Source of the DNA: Magallana gigas
Lineage: Eukaryota
Assembly: GCF_963853765.1 (NCBI RefSeq)
Contig: NC_088861.1
Coordinates: 2,604,001 to 2,668,000 of the forward strand
DNA: 64,000 nt
Direction: 5' to 3'
Each line of letters opens with the position of its first letter. The first letter of the stretch is position 1. A program made the translations under genes and the position numbers. The notes below the pieces were generated by a model. That model searched no databases, was not told the DNA's origin, and saw only the letters and a list, made by a program, of their open reading frames with translations. Shown here piece after piece: positions 25,022-38,743 of this stretch.

Positions 25022-28000
25022 TCAGAAGTTTTCTTTGTTGTAGAAGAACTTGGTCCCTCCCACTGTGGAATGCTTGTTGCACATTTTGTGTAGGGTCATG
25101 GAGAGGACACCTGGTCCGCAGAAAAAGACACCTACACTGGTACTGAAATCAATCAATCAATCAATCAATCAATATAAACCAATTCAATCAATCAATATGA
25201 ATCCTCTGATTAATCAATACATGTACCGGTACCCGGTATTTTATTGATCTTATCTACACGCATCAGCTGATTATTATCTCTATAGAAGTTGGTTTATTTT
25301 AAAGATAAACTGAATTTAAGGTTGCTCCATACTCGTAAAATTCTCTGAAGAAAGTGGAAAAACCGAACTGATTTCGACTTAATAGACTTAAATGTCATCA
25401 ATTGTTAGAAAAAATATACATGTCATCACACTTTTTGAGATGCCGGACAAACATAAACTAATGCATATTTTAGCATTAGAAAAATGTATTTTTTTTGTTA
25501 AAAGTAAAATCTTGTAGGCAGAAATTTGTTTTTCTTGTTTAATTTTAATGTCAACTTTATCAGAAAACTAAAATTACAAAAATATTTTAAAATTAATCGT
25601 TGGAATGCATTTAGACACACAACTGAGAGAAAAGTCAGAAAAAGAGTTATTTCCCCTTTGCATAGATAAAATATATAAAAATTTGGAAATTTAGTATAAA
25701 ATTAAGTGCGAAAATATCTTGAACCTACCAATAATTTTCTAATTACATCCATGTGATTATATTCACATGAAATAAATAAAACTATCTTGCACAATTTTTA
25801 AAGAATTCAAACTTTTACAAAAAAGTGTGACGTCACAGAACACTGGATCTACTTTAATGTGCTTTTCTTGGACCAAGTATGAATTCTTGTTCCTGCATCA
25901 TGATTTTATACCAATAATAACAATCTTTCAAATATAAATTTTTCTATATGTACTGAATGAGGTTGAAATAATCAATTTCAAACAAAATCTTTATTTCTTC
26001 CAATTTGACATAATCCCAGACAACAAGTTTAATAATGGATCTGATATCACTGTATTTTGACCTGATTGCTGTTAACCCTGATATCTTGACCTGATTGCTG
26101 TTAACCCTGATATCTTGACCTGATTGCTGTTAACCCTGATATCTTGACCTGATTGCTGTTAACCCTGATATCTTGACCTGATTGCTGTTAACCCTGCATG
26201 ATATCTTGACCTGATTGCTGTTAACCCTGCATGATATCTTGACCTCCTTACCTGGGGTGATTCTTTGTAATGTCCTGGAAAATTTTATCCCAGTTTGGTC
26301 GTCCATAATGAGTCTTTTGAGCCAAACCTGTTACTGGGTCCACATCTTCATGTTCGTGAAGAATAATGTTCTGAGCCTAAAATTATGCAGAAAAAAATAG
26401 AATCGAATATATCAATTTATGGTTATTTTAACCTACAGTTTATTTGTTAATACATGTATACCAAAATTAAAAAGATAAATGATCAATTCTCCCTTTTAAT
26501 AAGCCTTGAACTACTTATATACAGTAAAAAACACAGTTATAGCAAACACACTTATAATGAATTGACGCTTACAGAGAAGTGAATTTCATTCCCAGTGACT
26601 TTATTACATGTTGTAATCTTGATGGATATAATGAATTACGCTTATAACGAATCAAAATCCCCTGTCCCTGGCACTTCATTATAAGCTGCATATTTTACTG
26701 CATGATGGAGATTAGATTTATCTCCCTTTACAATCAGATAAAGAGATAGAGTATGCAATTGTTCATGAGAATATTTATTATAACTTAGTTGGTGATGTTT
26801 GTATGTGCATAGAGAGTTATCTCCCTCCATAGTACTTTAGCACTCCTCCTAATCTATAGTTGTTACTTTATGTTTACATGTACTATCTCCCTTTATGATC
26901 AACTGAAGAGCATGAAATAACTTTGACTGTAAGCTCCTACCACCTCCCCATTGATTGGCGATATACCTACCTGGTTTTTGTCCCAGCCCCTGGTCAGGTA
27001 GATGTAGTAGTTCAGGAATTCCCCGAGTCCCTCCTCTGCCATCTGTTGGTCAAAGTTCTTCAGCAGGTCGTTAATCCACTCAAAGGAGTTTGTGTCAGGA
27101 CACACCCAGTAGAAGTAAACCTTCCTCAGCTTCATGTCCGCCTTGGCCTCCTTGTGTTTATGCCTGGAAAAAATTACTTCATCATCTGAGGGATTAACTT
27201 TACAAATGATAAGATGATTTGAACTGCAGCATTACCTTTCAAAGTCCATTAAAAATTTTCAATCGAGTTTTATTGATGGAAAAAAAATATATAAAAAATG
27301 AATCATTTAAAGTGCATAAAATTGTAAAATATGACATATTTCACCTGGATTGATACATTACATACAGGAAACTAAATTAGTGAATGGTTAAAGTAATAAA
27401 TACCATTTTTTAAAGGATGTGTACTACATGCAAACAATTTTTCTATCTCAGATCATGAAAAGATATGAAAAGAAATGAGTTCTATAATCCCACTTATCCT
27501 TTTTTCATGATTTTTCATGATTTAGTGTAAGTCTTTGAGCTCACCAGATGTGTCTGAGGATGGAAGCAAAAGGAGTGACCCCGATTCCTCCAGCCACGAA
27601 TACATCAACTTCATACCAGAATATGTCCTAAAATTCAAAAACATAGAAATGTACTAAAATTTATCAACAACAAAAAAGAAACAACCTTAGCGCATATATC
27701 TTTGAGGATATAACCATATATGTTCATTTTCAGAAGAATGATGGTGTGTATAAACAAAACTGATATTGTAGTTTTTATGGACTATTTTGTTGATTGTAGA
27801 AATGGATTACACTTTTGATTAAACAACCATAATTACATACCTCTGTAGCTGTTCCAAATGGCCCATCAACAGACAATCTGTAAATAAATATTTAACAGTG
27901 TATACCATTGAGCAAAATTTCTCATTTTGGTACTGATCAGGTGAGTATATAATTTTTTAGAGGACCTAGTAAGCTATCAAAATCAAAATTCTTTAAAATA

Positions 28001-31000
28001 TAATAATTAAGCACATTCTATGGGCAACACAATCCCTATAAAAGTGTTTGCTAAATATGCCTTCCAAAAATCTATATTCCTCCAAGATGCTCCTTCAGTA
28101 GGATGTTATGAAAAATAAAAAATTTTGTTAACAACTACACTAATTTATAAATACTACTGTGGAATCATAAAAAATTGTGGGGGCCAATTTTTGGTAAGAT
28201 ACCCTCAAAATCCACGAAAAGTGAACATTGAGCCCCCATGTAATTCTAATGATTCCATATTATATATTTTTGGGATGAAATTCCCAGACCTTGGCATTTT
28301 TCTGGAAGACTGGAATTCTCCGTCATCGACGTAGCATGCCTTGGCCAAAGCTTCCGTCCAATCACCAGCTCGTCTAATGTGTACCGAGAAAAAGTCATCC
28401 TCAGGGGCCTACAATCAGCACAGTAACAAAAAATTAGTACCAGCTTTACAATGATGAAGATACTGTACTACTGTATACAGAGAAATAATCGCCCCTGTTC
28501 TATTTTTGCCCATTCTGCCCTCGTTGTCAGCGGGCGTATTTAAGGCTGGGTGAATTCCAATGTCTCAAATTATCTCTCTTAAAACACAACTGTGTCTGAG
28601 CAAATTCAAGGCGGGGCAAAACTTTTGCAAGTAAAGGGCGATAATTACATGGGGCAAAAAATATCCCTGTATACAGTATTCTTTTCATCTTTTACACTCT
28701 TACCACTTATCAATTCCATTTTTACCCTCTCCCAACTCATCTCTCAACACATTCAGGTACCTTGTGACCTTAAATTCTTGATGGTCAAATGTAATTTCAA
28801 CTCTGATTTGTAAATTAATGCACAGTTTTGAATTAGAATTTCAATTTCAATATGAAATTTACAACATTCATATTAAGGGGTCCAGGAATCTAACTTTCCA
28901 AACTCCATCTCCTTAATGAGATAATCAAATAATTTCATTACATAAAATTCTCTCCCCTTACCGAGGTTAGAGTGAATGGATGCCACTCCAGACTAGAGAG
29001 ACTTGGACACTGGAGAAATATGTACTGTCCTGGGCCCATCTTAAATCCTTTCTTTTTCAACTGCAGTTCAAACACTTTGGATGGATGCTGTACCACCTAA
29101 ACAAAGACATGGCCGGGTGAAGATGCATGATACTGCCGATTCCTAATTAAACGCAAGGTATTAATATTTGCATATTTTAAAATCTGGTTTTTATTTTTCT
29201 GACAGATATAAACTGAATGAAATTATGATAAAAATTTGGTGTTTGCAATTTTATATTCTTGCAATTTGATGCAAAACGTTGAAACACGGAATAATGCTTT
29301 TTTCATCCCACTCCAAAGATCCGACTGAAAAAATATTTCCCCCTTCATCCCACTCCCAAGATCTGACAGAAAAATATTTCACCCTTCATTCCCCCAAAGA
29401 TCTGGGCAATATTTCAATGTCTCCCCTCCCCCAGGTTTAAGCAATTTTACAATTATCTGCATTACCTTGGACACGACCACTACTTGCTTGCTCCTCCAGA
29501 ACCTGACCAGTCTCTCTATGAAGTAGATCGCCAGGGGGCCCGCGACCCATTTCCAGGCCTGAAACAGAAACCAGACAAATAGAATAATATCACCAGGAAT
29601 AAAACAGTTACTTTCTCTTCCACTTCCTTATAATCATTTTATCATACTTTAACCAAAGTTTTTGAATTTACATGCAATAATGGGTCTTCACTGATTTCTT
29701 GAGAGATATCTGACTGAGTTATATCAAAGCTGATATCCTTTTTAAGGCATTCATCTTTTTTTTCCAATTAAAATCTGTCACTAAAGTATGCACTTCTATA
29801 AAATGATGATCATTCACTGTATATCTACATCCATCCATCACATATCTACAGACATTCTTGACTCCTAACAATATAGTACCTCTAATATGTGTGACTGTTT
29901 GCTACATAATACAGTAAAACACGGTTATAGCGAACACGCTTATAATGAATTGACGCTTACAGCGAAGTGAATTTCATTCCCCAAGTCTCTATTTCATGTT
30001 GTAAACTTGACAGTTATAACGAATTACGCTTATAATGAAGTTAAATTGCCCGTCCCTGGGACTTCGTTATAAGCGTGTTTTACTGTATATGTAAATAAAT
30101 CTTACATTGGGTTCAAGGCCGGCAAACTGTGGGTTGGGGCACCCCCCTGGTGTCCCCCAGGTACTGGATGAGTTCATACAAGCTACAGGGTCATGTTCGG
30201 CCACATTGGTCTGCCTCCTGACAATTCCTCTGTAATTATAGTAATATATGATGTAATACTACATTGTACACAGTATTCTAATGGCTACTGTAAAGTTTAT
30301 ATACACAGACAATGTTACAGACAATTCACCCAAGAGCAAATTAAGTTTCGTTCCCCTTATCTTGAAATTTTACAATAAATTCATTTGATACAACATCATT
30401 TTAATTCGTGATTTTTATACCCTTGATTAACTTTTTTTCTAGTGCATTCACTTCCATGCCTTGCAAACATGACTGATTGTACACATATATTTTATACCGG
30501 TAAGCCAAATATTCAGGTATTATGTACATTGTTGTACATGTATGTCTTTTATACTTATTACTTAAGTAATGTACTTACTGAAAGCCATGGACAATAAGGC
30601 CAATAAAAAAGATGATGAAAAGGTGATGGGTGAACCAAAAAATCTCAAAATATGAACGTCTGAAATAAACAAGTAACATTCAAAATCATAATATACTGGT
30701 AAGCATATCTTTTTGCGAATTAAACTGTACATGTAATTATGATGCTAAATATCAACAGTGTATATATAATTTTAATATGAAGTTTTGTGATGTACTGTAC
30801 TAAGTATAAATCATATTTTTTGGTTAAATCAAATTATCTACAAACTACTACCAAACTACGCAAGTACTTGATTAATGTGTGAAAGATGCTTAAATCTAGA
30901 TGGAGAGGCAGTGGGTCTGGACCCTCTCCCCTCCCCTTGAAATTTTTTTTTAATTACAGAGTAAAATTAATAAACATATGCCTTAGACAACAACCCCCCC

Positions 31001-34000
31001 CCCCCCCAAAAAAAAAAAAAAAAAAAAAAAGCAAACCTAAATATCCCTCTGATGCCCTCAAATATTTTCTTGATCCGCGTATAAATCTATAGCTATTCGA
31101 AAATACATAAAACTATATAACAAATCTTTGATCAAATCTTGTCAGAAGCTTTTGAAACACCCTGTACCTGATGAGCTCAGTTGCTGAGGAAACCATGACG
31201 ATGAGTACGAGAGTGATGACAACCCCGGACACACCAGACAGTGTTTTCAAGGCCTCCTTTACTGCATCCTGCAACAGACATGTCAGAAAAGACCACGTCA
31301 GTCACAATGGGATGCATGAAATAAAAAGAGAGCGCACGTACACATATAATACAGTAATCACCAGGAAATCATACATGTACATGCAATATAAAAACCATAG
31401 AAAGTGTACATTAGCACATTAAAGGACATAACTCACAGGATTACTGTATAAATTACATGTTTTAGTATTCAGGAATAATATCTATAATTATACTGGATAT
31501 TATGAAAAGTGATATCATATGCATGTTTTTCAGCTGTATAACTATTCTCATGCCTTTGTACAATCTATAATTTGATACCAATTTTGAGCACAAGTATATT
31601 TGGCACATCTCGGCAGATTCGAATCTCATCTAATGTAGGTTATGGAATCGGCCGAGGTTTGCCGAGTGGTACAAGTGTTTTCATATACTTACAGTATTTA
31701 ACTTTGTAAGTAATGAAATACAAGTTCATTGTGCAGTGAGACATACTGTGTTTGGTGAATCTATGAAGTTGAGATATGTGGTGCCTGCGGTAGGATTATC
31801 TCGTAATGAACTCAGCCTAACTAGCAGGTCTCGGCGAGCCTCATCTCTGCTGTTATAGGCCTCTACGTAGCGCTCAACGTTAAATATGTGAGCTCCCAAG
31901 TGTATGGCTAAAATTACAATAATTATTCATTTCCAATACTATGAAATATGATAGATAAAAATCAATTATACAGTATCAATAGCTGCAATAATGTAGCCCT
32001 CTCCGATTTTTTATATCTGATGTTTACTGGAGAAAAAAATCGGGAGAGGGCTACATTATTGCAGCTACAGTATCAATTGAGCACGTGAAAAGAAAACTGC
32101 AGTGATACAAATTAAATTGAAAATGCATTCATTTTGTTTTGTTCTAAATTTCTTGATTTTCGTCAAATTTAAAAATTTGATCAATGCAGACCTAATCAGA
32201 TAATTTCTCCAATACATGCTAGTAGTATTTTGATGAAAATTCATCTCAATTTATTTAGCCCTTCTGTTGATTAATCATGAAGTATCCAAGGTCAATATAA
32301 TAGCCCCAACTAAAGTATATATAAATCTATAACTATAAATCATACTCAATTGAATAATTTGTCTCACATAAAATTCAAATAAAATATATCTAATGTATGG
32401 ACCAATTCATATGTTTCATATGTTTACTTCATTAGAAAAAAAAAACAGAGTATAAATTCTATATCTACAAAGTTTTCTTTTCTATTACGTTATTTTAGAA
32501 CATCAGGATTCAAGTTATGTTTAAGTATGCATTTGTAAGAAAGTACTTGTAATTCTATATCTATACTATATCTATACTTAAATTACCAGTATGAACACAG
32601 ATCATATATGCTATGTAACGATGAAAGGTGATGTGCTTGTCCAGCTGACGACGTATATTTCTAATACAACACCTCTGAAATATAAAACAAATAATTTCTT
32701 TTTAAAAACAATATTGTATACACGGAAATATTCGCCCCCCCCCTTTTTTTTTGGCCCCTTCCGCCCTTGTTTTTAGTGGACAAATTTAAAACTGGGCGAA
32801 TTCCAATGTTCCAAGTTATCTCTTATTACACAAGTGTGTCTGGGCAAATTTAAGATGGGCCAAAAACATTTTCAGGTGTAGAAAGGCAAAGGTGTAGAAG
32901 GGCAAAAATAAAACGAGGTGAAAATAACCCTGTATACAGTATATGAATAATTTACTTAAAACAACAAAATATCTGTTGTGCATATATTACACTCTCTCCA
33001 CTTTTGAATTAGGATATCCGAAAATAAAGCCGTAAAAAACACTTTTTTTTATAATCTTACCTAGAAGCAAATCAATTCATAGATCAAGGAAAAACTAATG
33101 GATAGCATTTATGAAAAAAGGGGATTTTTGAATTATTCAGCAGATATAGCTCATCTTACAAATTACTTTGTAGATAAAGATCATGGAAGTTTTTAACTTT
33201 TTCTAGTTTTTTTACCAGATTATTTAATTTGACCCAAAACTTCCTGGTATTTTTCTGAAAATCATTACAGACAGGATGCAAAATCAAAAGAAAATCAATT
33301 TCTGCCAAAAAATCTTTCCACAGGATTTCCTTATCATCGATTATTACCAAAAGCAGAGGTGCTGATACTTCCCGATTGCTTTCTGAATTTAAAGGAAGAT
33401 TTCAAAAGCTCTAGATCTCTATAATTCTAAAAGAAAATCATGTGCAATCATAATTAAGATCTAATTTCATATCAAAAGGAAATAAGTTTAGGGTGTAAAA
33501 TCCAAAAATACTTTAAAGTAAGTGTAGAATTGAGCCAAAATCCCCAAATTACACCAATTATATACTTAAAATTTAATACAACTTTAAAGTACCAGTATAA
33601 TTTGGTATTTTTGCTAATTAGTAGATTTACGAAAAGGTACTTCCTGTTAAATTGCTTTCAAATTTGGAGAGAAAAAATTTATTGAAATAAAAAATATTTT
33701 TGGTCAATTTGGAAAACAAGATGATGAGTCATGTAAAATGCCTGTCAAACAAATATGTTCCCAATTTAAAGTTGAGGGGTATGGACAGAAATGTTAAAAA
33801 AAACCCAAAAGGACAGTAACAGTAATACGCTCCCACATTGGTATTTTCAGAGAGTCTGAACCAAAAAAATAATATTTTGTAAAAAAGCCCCTGCAAGTCA
33901 CTGTAGCACACTTCAAAACTTGGAATGATCCAAAGATTCCAGATATTTGGACAACAAAATGCCCCCACACGATCTAAAGAGCATGCATATCAGCAAAATT

Positions 34001-37000
34001 AAAATTCTTTTGCCGTATAGATATACATGCATGTAAGACCCCACTGTAACACTATTTCTTACTTGGAATGATCCTCTGATGGCAGACAGCAGGTTCCTAC
34101 AGACCGGCAGGAGTATGAGCATACAGTTTAGGTTGAGACAGGCTGCACTGGCTCGGGCCCAGGGAAGGGCGGGCTACAAGGGGCACAACTCATAATGAAC
34201 AAGGCCTCAACTCAAGACATAAACATATACTCATAATGAACAAGGGACATAACTCATAATGAACAAGGGACATAACTCATAATGAAACAAAGCCTTGGAG
34301 TCAAGACATAATTAAATCCTCATTAAACAGAAAGATACCATACACTAGAACATTGAAAAAAATAAAACGTTGATGACGAACATGGCAAACTAAAAGTGAA
34401 TTGCCGCTTCAAGAAGTCAATAAGAAAGTTTATAATTCATTTTTTTAAAAATCCAATTTATATGAGTTCATTACCCTTATAACGGTAAGAATTTACAATT
34501 AAGGAATTGACGAATTGTTCAGAATTACATGTATGTAACAGTATGTTGCAGTGAACACCACAAAACTTTGCTATATTTAGTGTTTGTACTGAATGAGTTG
34601 TACTGAAACAATATGGCTATATATTCCTGTTTATTGATATTACTCGTAGTTGAAATGCCATAAAATTGCTTTTAAATAGCGCCATTAAACATCTTACCTG
34701 TATGCTATTAGTGTGGTCATAAAAATGACATACAGCTTAAAAAAAGGAACCTGAAGGAGAAATTCTTTAACTAAACCAATTAAGTTAAGTGTACTAGTTG
34801 TAGCTCAAGAAAAATATAAGTTGTTGCTCACTATACTTCGACTAAACACAAATTCATTATAGTTGAATCACTGCATTTTACCTTTTTTAGTGGAGAAAAA
34901 GGGAGGAGAAGTATTTCATAACTAAACCAACTACCGGTAGTTAGCTCAATTGAGAAATATCAATTGTCGCTCACTTAACTTAGAGTAAACACAGATTTAT
35001 CATAGTTAAAAAACATATACCTTATGAATAATTTAAGGCTCATTACAAAAATGTCTTTTTGCTGTTGAGACGGAGTTACTATGAAATTGCAAAGTACTAG
35101 AGCTGTTAATAAAAGTTCAACATATTTCAATTATTAAGCCCTCTTGCTTTCACTTAGTGATGCTCTCCCTGTTTCATCTCCATGTCCTAATTGTGTCTTG
35201 TTAATGTTAATGCAATATCTTGAGGGCAAGAGAAAACTCCTAGATTTTTAAAAGTCAATTAATACTGAATTCTTACCCCAAGCATGAGGTTGGTGTAGTC
35301 GTAGTCTCTTGTCAGGAAGTTGAAGTAGGTAACGACGAAGTATACAATGTTTCCAATCAACCAAACAATCTACAAAAAATGTCACCAAAAGACATAAACA
35401 ACATAGGATTCTTAATTCTATTAATGGAAGCATCAAAGATTTAACACTATACAGCTCCCCTTTTAAAAAACGAAACTTGGGAAAGGGGGTGGGGACGGTC
35501 ATCAGATTTAAAAAAAAAAAAGTAAATGGGTAGAATTTAAATCATACAAGTGATTTACTAGCTACTAGAGAATATCTAATTATGCACTGAAATATTGATG
35601 TTCATATTTGTATACAATTATTTTTCTAGTTCATACATATTATGTAAATCTATGCCTAGAAAAATTCCAATTTATAATTTTAATATATATATTTAACACT
35701 GTATACAATTTCAATTTCAATTTCAATTTCTTTATTAACCAATTAAGGGCCCTCAAGGGGCAGCATGAAGACTGTTGACATACGACATCCAATGAACATA
35801 AAACATTCAATAAACATATACAAGAGGGAAAGAGCTGGATGATTGAAAGAGCTAAGACAGACATGAACAATTAAATAGTACCTGGTATATATGTATATAC
35901 GGTATATATATATGTATAATTATGTATGTTTCCATACATTCAATACAGTGTCTTCTATATATTTATGTTAAACACCATATACAATATAAATATGTCAAGA
36001 TACAAATGCACATACATATGGTATGCACATTTTTATACTGTGGATATATACATAGTACCAGTAATCATTTATTCATGATAATTTAACATTGATAAAATAT
36101 TAATCATCATGTTTTTAAATTATAGCCCAAATATAAGGCATTCACAAAATCACAAAAAACACAGAAGAATTAAAATTGTGAAGGACAATTTTGAAGATTG
36201 TTTACAGTATGCTGTAATGCAGCATGGTTGTTATAACATATTAAATATGTTTACAGTATAAAGGCAGAATGAAAAAAATATTAAAAAATCATTATGCAAG
36301 GGCAGATATCATGTTTAAAATTTAACAAATTTTTACATAAATCATGATCTTGGTACATGTATAATGCACTAGCTGCTTTGCAGAGAAATATGTGGGACAG
36401 CAAGGACTCTTGTACAGTTTTTATTAGTATCATTAGTACATATACAGTTGGACCATTATAAATATCTCAAACATAAATATTTTGAATACCAAGGATATGT
36501 TGATGAGAGTTGGAATGTAATTTATTCCCATATCTTTGAATACTATTGTCCGTTTTGAGATCTGACTGCATTTACATGCACTGCATGAATTCTAAGTACT
36601 GTAGATTCCTAACTAAACATGAAGAATTAATTTCCGCATAAAATCGCGAGTAGCAACTCTCGCGGTTTTTAAAATCTCGCTTTTATTTTTCAGACAGTCT
36701 TGAACTATAGGAATTAAATTATACATGTAACAAAAAATTGCTGATCGCGATTTTATATTCTCGAGATCTGATACAAAACAGCGGAATTGCGGAATTAAGA
36801 ACTCACATAAAAGAAGGAATTTACAGTACATGTACTGAAAAAATGCTTGACTGCATAACAAAAATTATTCATGCTGTAATAAATTTCATTTTACTTGTGC
36901 AGTAAAATTTAAATGAAATTTGATTGTAAATGTACTAAAAGTACTTAAACCAATTAGACAACATACACCATGTACTTGTGCAGTAAACTTTTAAAATTCA

Positions 37001-38238
37001 TGAGCACTTTTGAAGATTCAGACTTAACACTTTGTAAATCATCATTCTTTGGCCAGGAAATGGTGTTCCTGTGTATAAGTGAAGACTATCAAGGCAACCA
37101 CTTGTTGACCTGTCATAAGTCTAGCTAATTCATTAAACAATTCACATCCTGCTTTGGATTATCATCTTCAGTGTAGTGAATAATATGAAAGTCTAATGTA
37201 CATATTATCAAATGACCAATCAGGCATATACATGTAGTCTACATGTATTCAAATCAAAAGCTGCAGTTTTTCTAAAATATAGTCATGCAAACAATTTTCT
37301 ACAACAGAATGAGACTGCTTGCTATCATTAGCAGCAACAGTAATGAATAATGCAAAATTTTCATATTTTTTTAACATCTTTTATGATGTTTAACATTTTA
37401 ATTCAAAATAAAAGCAAGTGACACTCTGTTGTGTTAGAATTTAAGTCTTTGTTCAGAAATTCAATTAAAACTTTTAATATAGTGAAGAAAAATCACATGA
37501 TGACAGATACTGAAGTTTAAATTTTTTTCAAGATTTAGGCAATCATGTGCCGAAAAACATGCATGCAGATCTGCAGCTATTTATCAGTATTACACATTCC
37601 GTGTATATGCAACGATTAAGTTGATAAGGAAACTTGTTCGTGTTACCAGTGTATGTAAGAGAAGATGATTCACATCACGATGTCACAACATTTCCTTATT
37701 GAAAACTGATTACTACCCTACTCTTCCGAAACATGCAACAGTGATCAAACATTTAGGTATTTCTAAATCAAGAAAATATATTGAAATAGCCGATATATAA
37801 ATTAACATGTCTCTTCACTCATGAAAAAAGTTATAAAATTTTAACTTGGCACAAAGATATATATAAGTAACAGGAAGAAGATTGGGAAGGGTGGCTTAAG
37901 ATAGGAATCATATGGGGATGTTCAATTTTAAGTGTATGATTTCACTGTAATATTATAACTTCACTACCCTGAAGATAAAACAATACATGTACATGTATGC
38001 ATTTAAAAACATGACAATTAAAATAAAATAATTTTAATTGCCTACCACATGTACATGTTTTTGCAGCTATCAATGTGACTGTAAAAGCCAAAAACTTTCA
38101 ATGTAAGTTAATTATACGTGAACATGTAAATATAATTTTTACACAATAAATTAAGGATTATAAATATAGGCCTTTGTATATATCAAAAATACTTACAATC
38201 ACAAGCCATCTGGGTAGATCGTTCAAAATTCTCGCCAT
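25022..38238 (-). CDS. NOX2: NADPH oxidase, NOX2/gp91phox (NOX1-3) type, no EF-hands, 16 coding exons, 568 aa
   Basis: Exons 38238-38197, 35369-35277, 34173-34063, 32674-32587, 31907-31747, 31268-31168, 30659-30579, 30229-30106, 29558-29466, 29096-28962, 28408-28290, 27877-27841, 27627-27545, 27163-26971, 26376-26252, 25142-25022 (1707 nt, all phases consistent). Motifs: [25 protein letters not shown]; heme histidines in [16 protein letters not shown] and [19 protein letters not shown]; FAD motif EWHPFTLTS; NADPH motifs [20 protein letters not shown]; terminal FFYNKENF*. Exact orthology within NOX1/2/3 was not tested. Confidence 0.95.
25148..25200. repeat. (TCAA)n microsatellite next to the last NOX acceptor
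   Basis: aatcaatcaatcaatc... run with one interruption. Confidence 0.85.
25316..25856. mobile_element. Possible TTAA-flanked non-autonomous DNA transposon (Kolobok/piggyBac-like) in NOX intron 15
   Basis: Left end TTAAGGTTGCTCCA and right end TGGATCTACTTTAA form imperfect terminal inverted repeats bounded by TTAA. Confidence 0.45.
26058..26245. repeat. 29/33-bp minisatellite (6 copies plus a partial) abutting a NOX splice donor
   Basis: Unit TGACCTGATTGCTGTTAACCCTGATATCT x4, then two copies with a GCAT insertion. The array ends 6 nt from the exon boundary at 26252. Confidence 0.95.
26522..26700. mobile_element. Tc1/mariner(pogo)-type MITE, family A copy 1
   Basis: TA|CAGTAAAA...TTTTACTG termini; internal sequence shared with 29912-30085. 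Confidence 0.8.
28464..28680. mobile_element. MITE family B copy 1 (TACTGTATACAG...CTGTATACAGTA)
   Basis: Terminal inverted repeats with TA at both ends; internal sequence shared with 32713-32942. Confidence 0.8.
29912..30085. mobile_element. Tc1/mariner(pogo)-type MITE, family A copy 2, 174 bp
   Basis: TA|CAGTAAAACACG...CGTGTTTTACTG|TA; TA target duplication. Confidence 0.88.
31980..32067. mobile_element. 88-bp Mutator-like MITE with 9-bp target site duplication
   Basis: TIR TAGCTGCAATAATGTAGCCCTCTCC / GGAGAGGGCTACATTATTGCAGCTA, flanked by the direct repeat CAGTATCAA (31971-31979 and 32068-32076). Confidence 0.85.
32713..32942. mobile_element. MITE family B copy 2
   Basis: TATTGTATACAC...CCCTGTATACAGTA; homologous to 28464-28680. 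Confidence 0.75.
34176..34310. repeat. 23-bp minisatellite overlapping the NOX exon-3 acceptor region
   Basis: Units ACAAGGG(G/A)CA(C/T)AACTCATAATGA, about 4 copies plus degenerate ones. Confidence 0.85.
36596..36830. mobile_element. TACTGT-ended MITE in NOX intron 1
   Basis: TACTGTAGATTCCT ... AGGAATTTACAGTA termini. Confidence 0.7.
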
Positions 38239-38743
38239 GTTGCTTTTATAACTGTGAAAACTCAACTAACTTATGAATCACCACACCGTTACACGATATG
38301 GCTGTTAAAACCAACTGAGGAAATTCGAGATGAATGGGTGGCGCGCTCTTTCTCGTTCTTCTTTCTCCCACACATTCTTGCCCTTACAGTCCATTATTTA
38401 AAACTGGTTGTGAAACACATGATATTTTCCCTGTTCATTTCACTGTGAGAAGGATGACACGATTGCTTCGATAGTCGATAGATCTAGTTGTCATGTCGGT
38501 TGTCACATGTGTTTACTTTGTTTTTGTTAGGTTAGCCCCGCCCACTGTTTATACAGTCGAATCCGTGTATTCGGAAGAACGAAACATCAACAAATGAAAT
38601 TGCCATCATCAGTAATATATATTAAATATATCGATATACAAAATGTCGTACATCAATACGATACATATAAATAATGTACGTGTAATTAATTTAATTAATT
38701 TGTCGTGTTGTTGTTGTTTTTTGCTGATTTGAAATACCCGGTA

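Noticed and set aside
26058-26245. CRISPR-like regular repeats
   Set aside because: The units are contiguous with no unique spacers, there are no cas genes, and the context is a eukaryotic intron.
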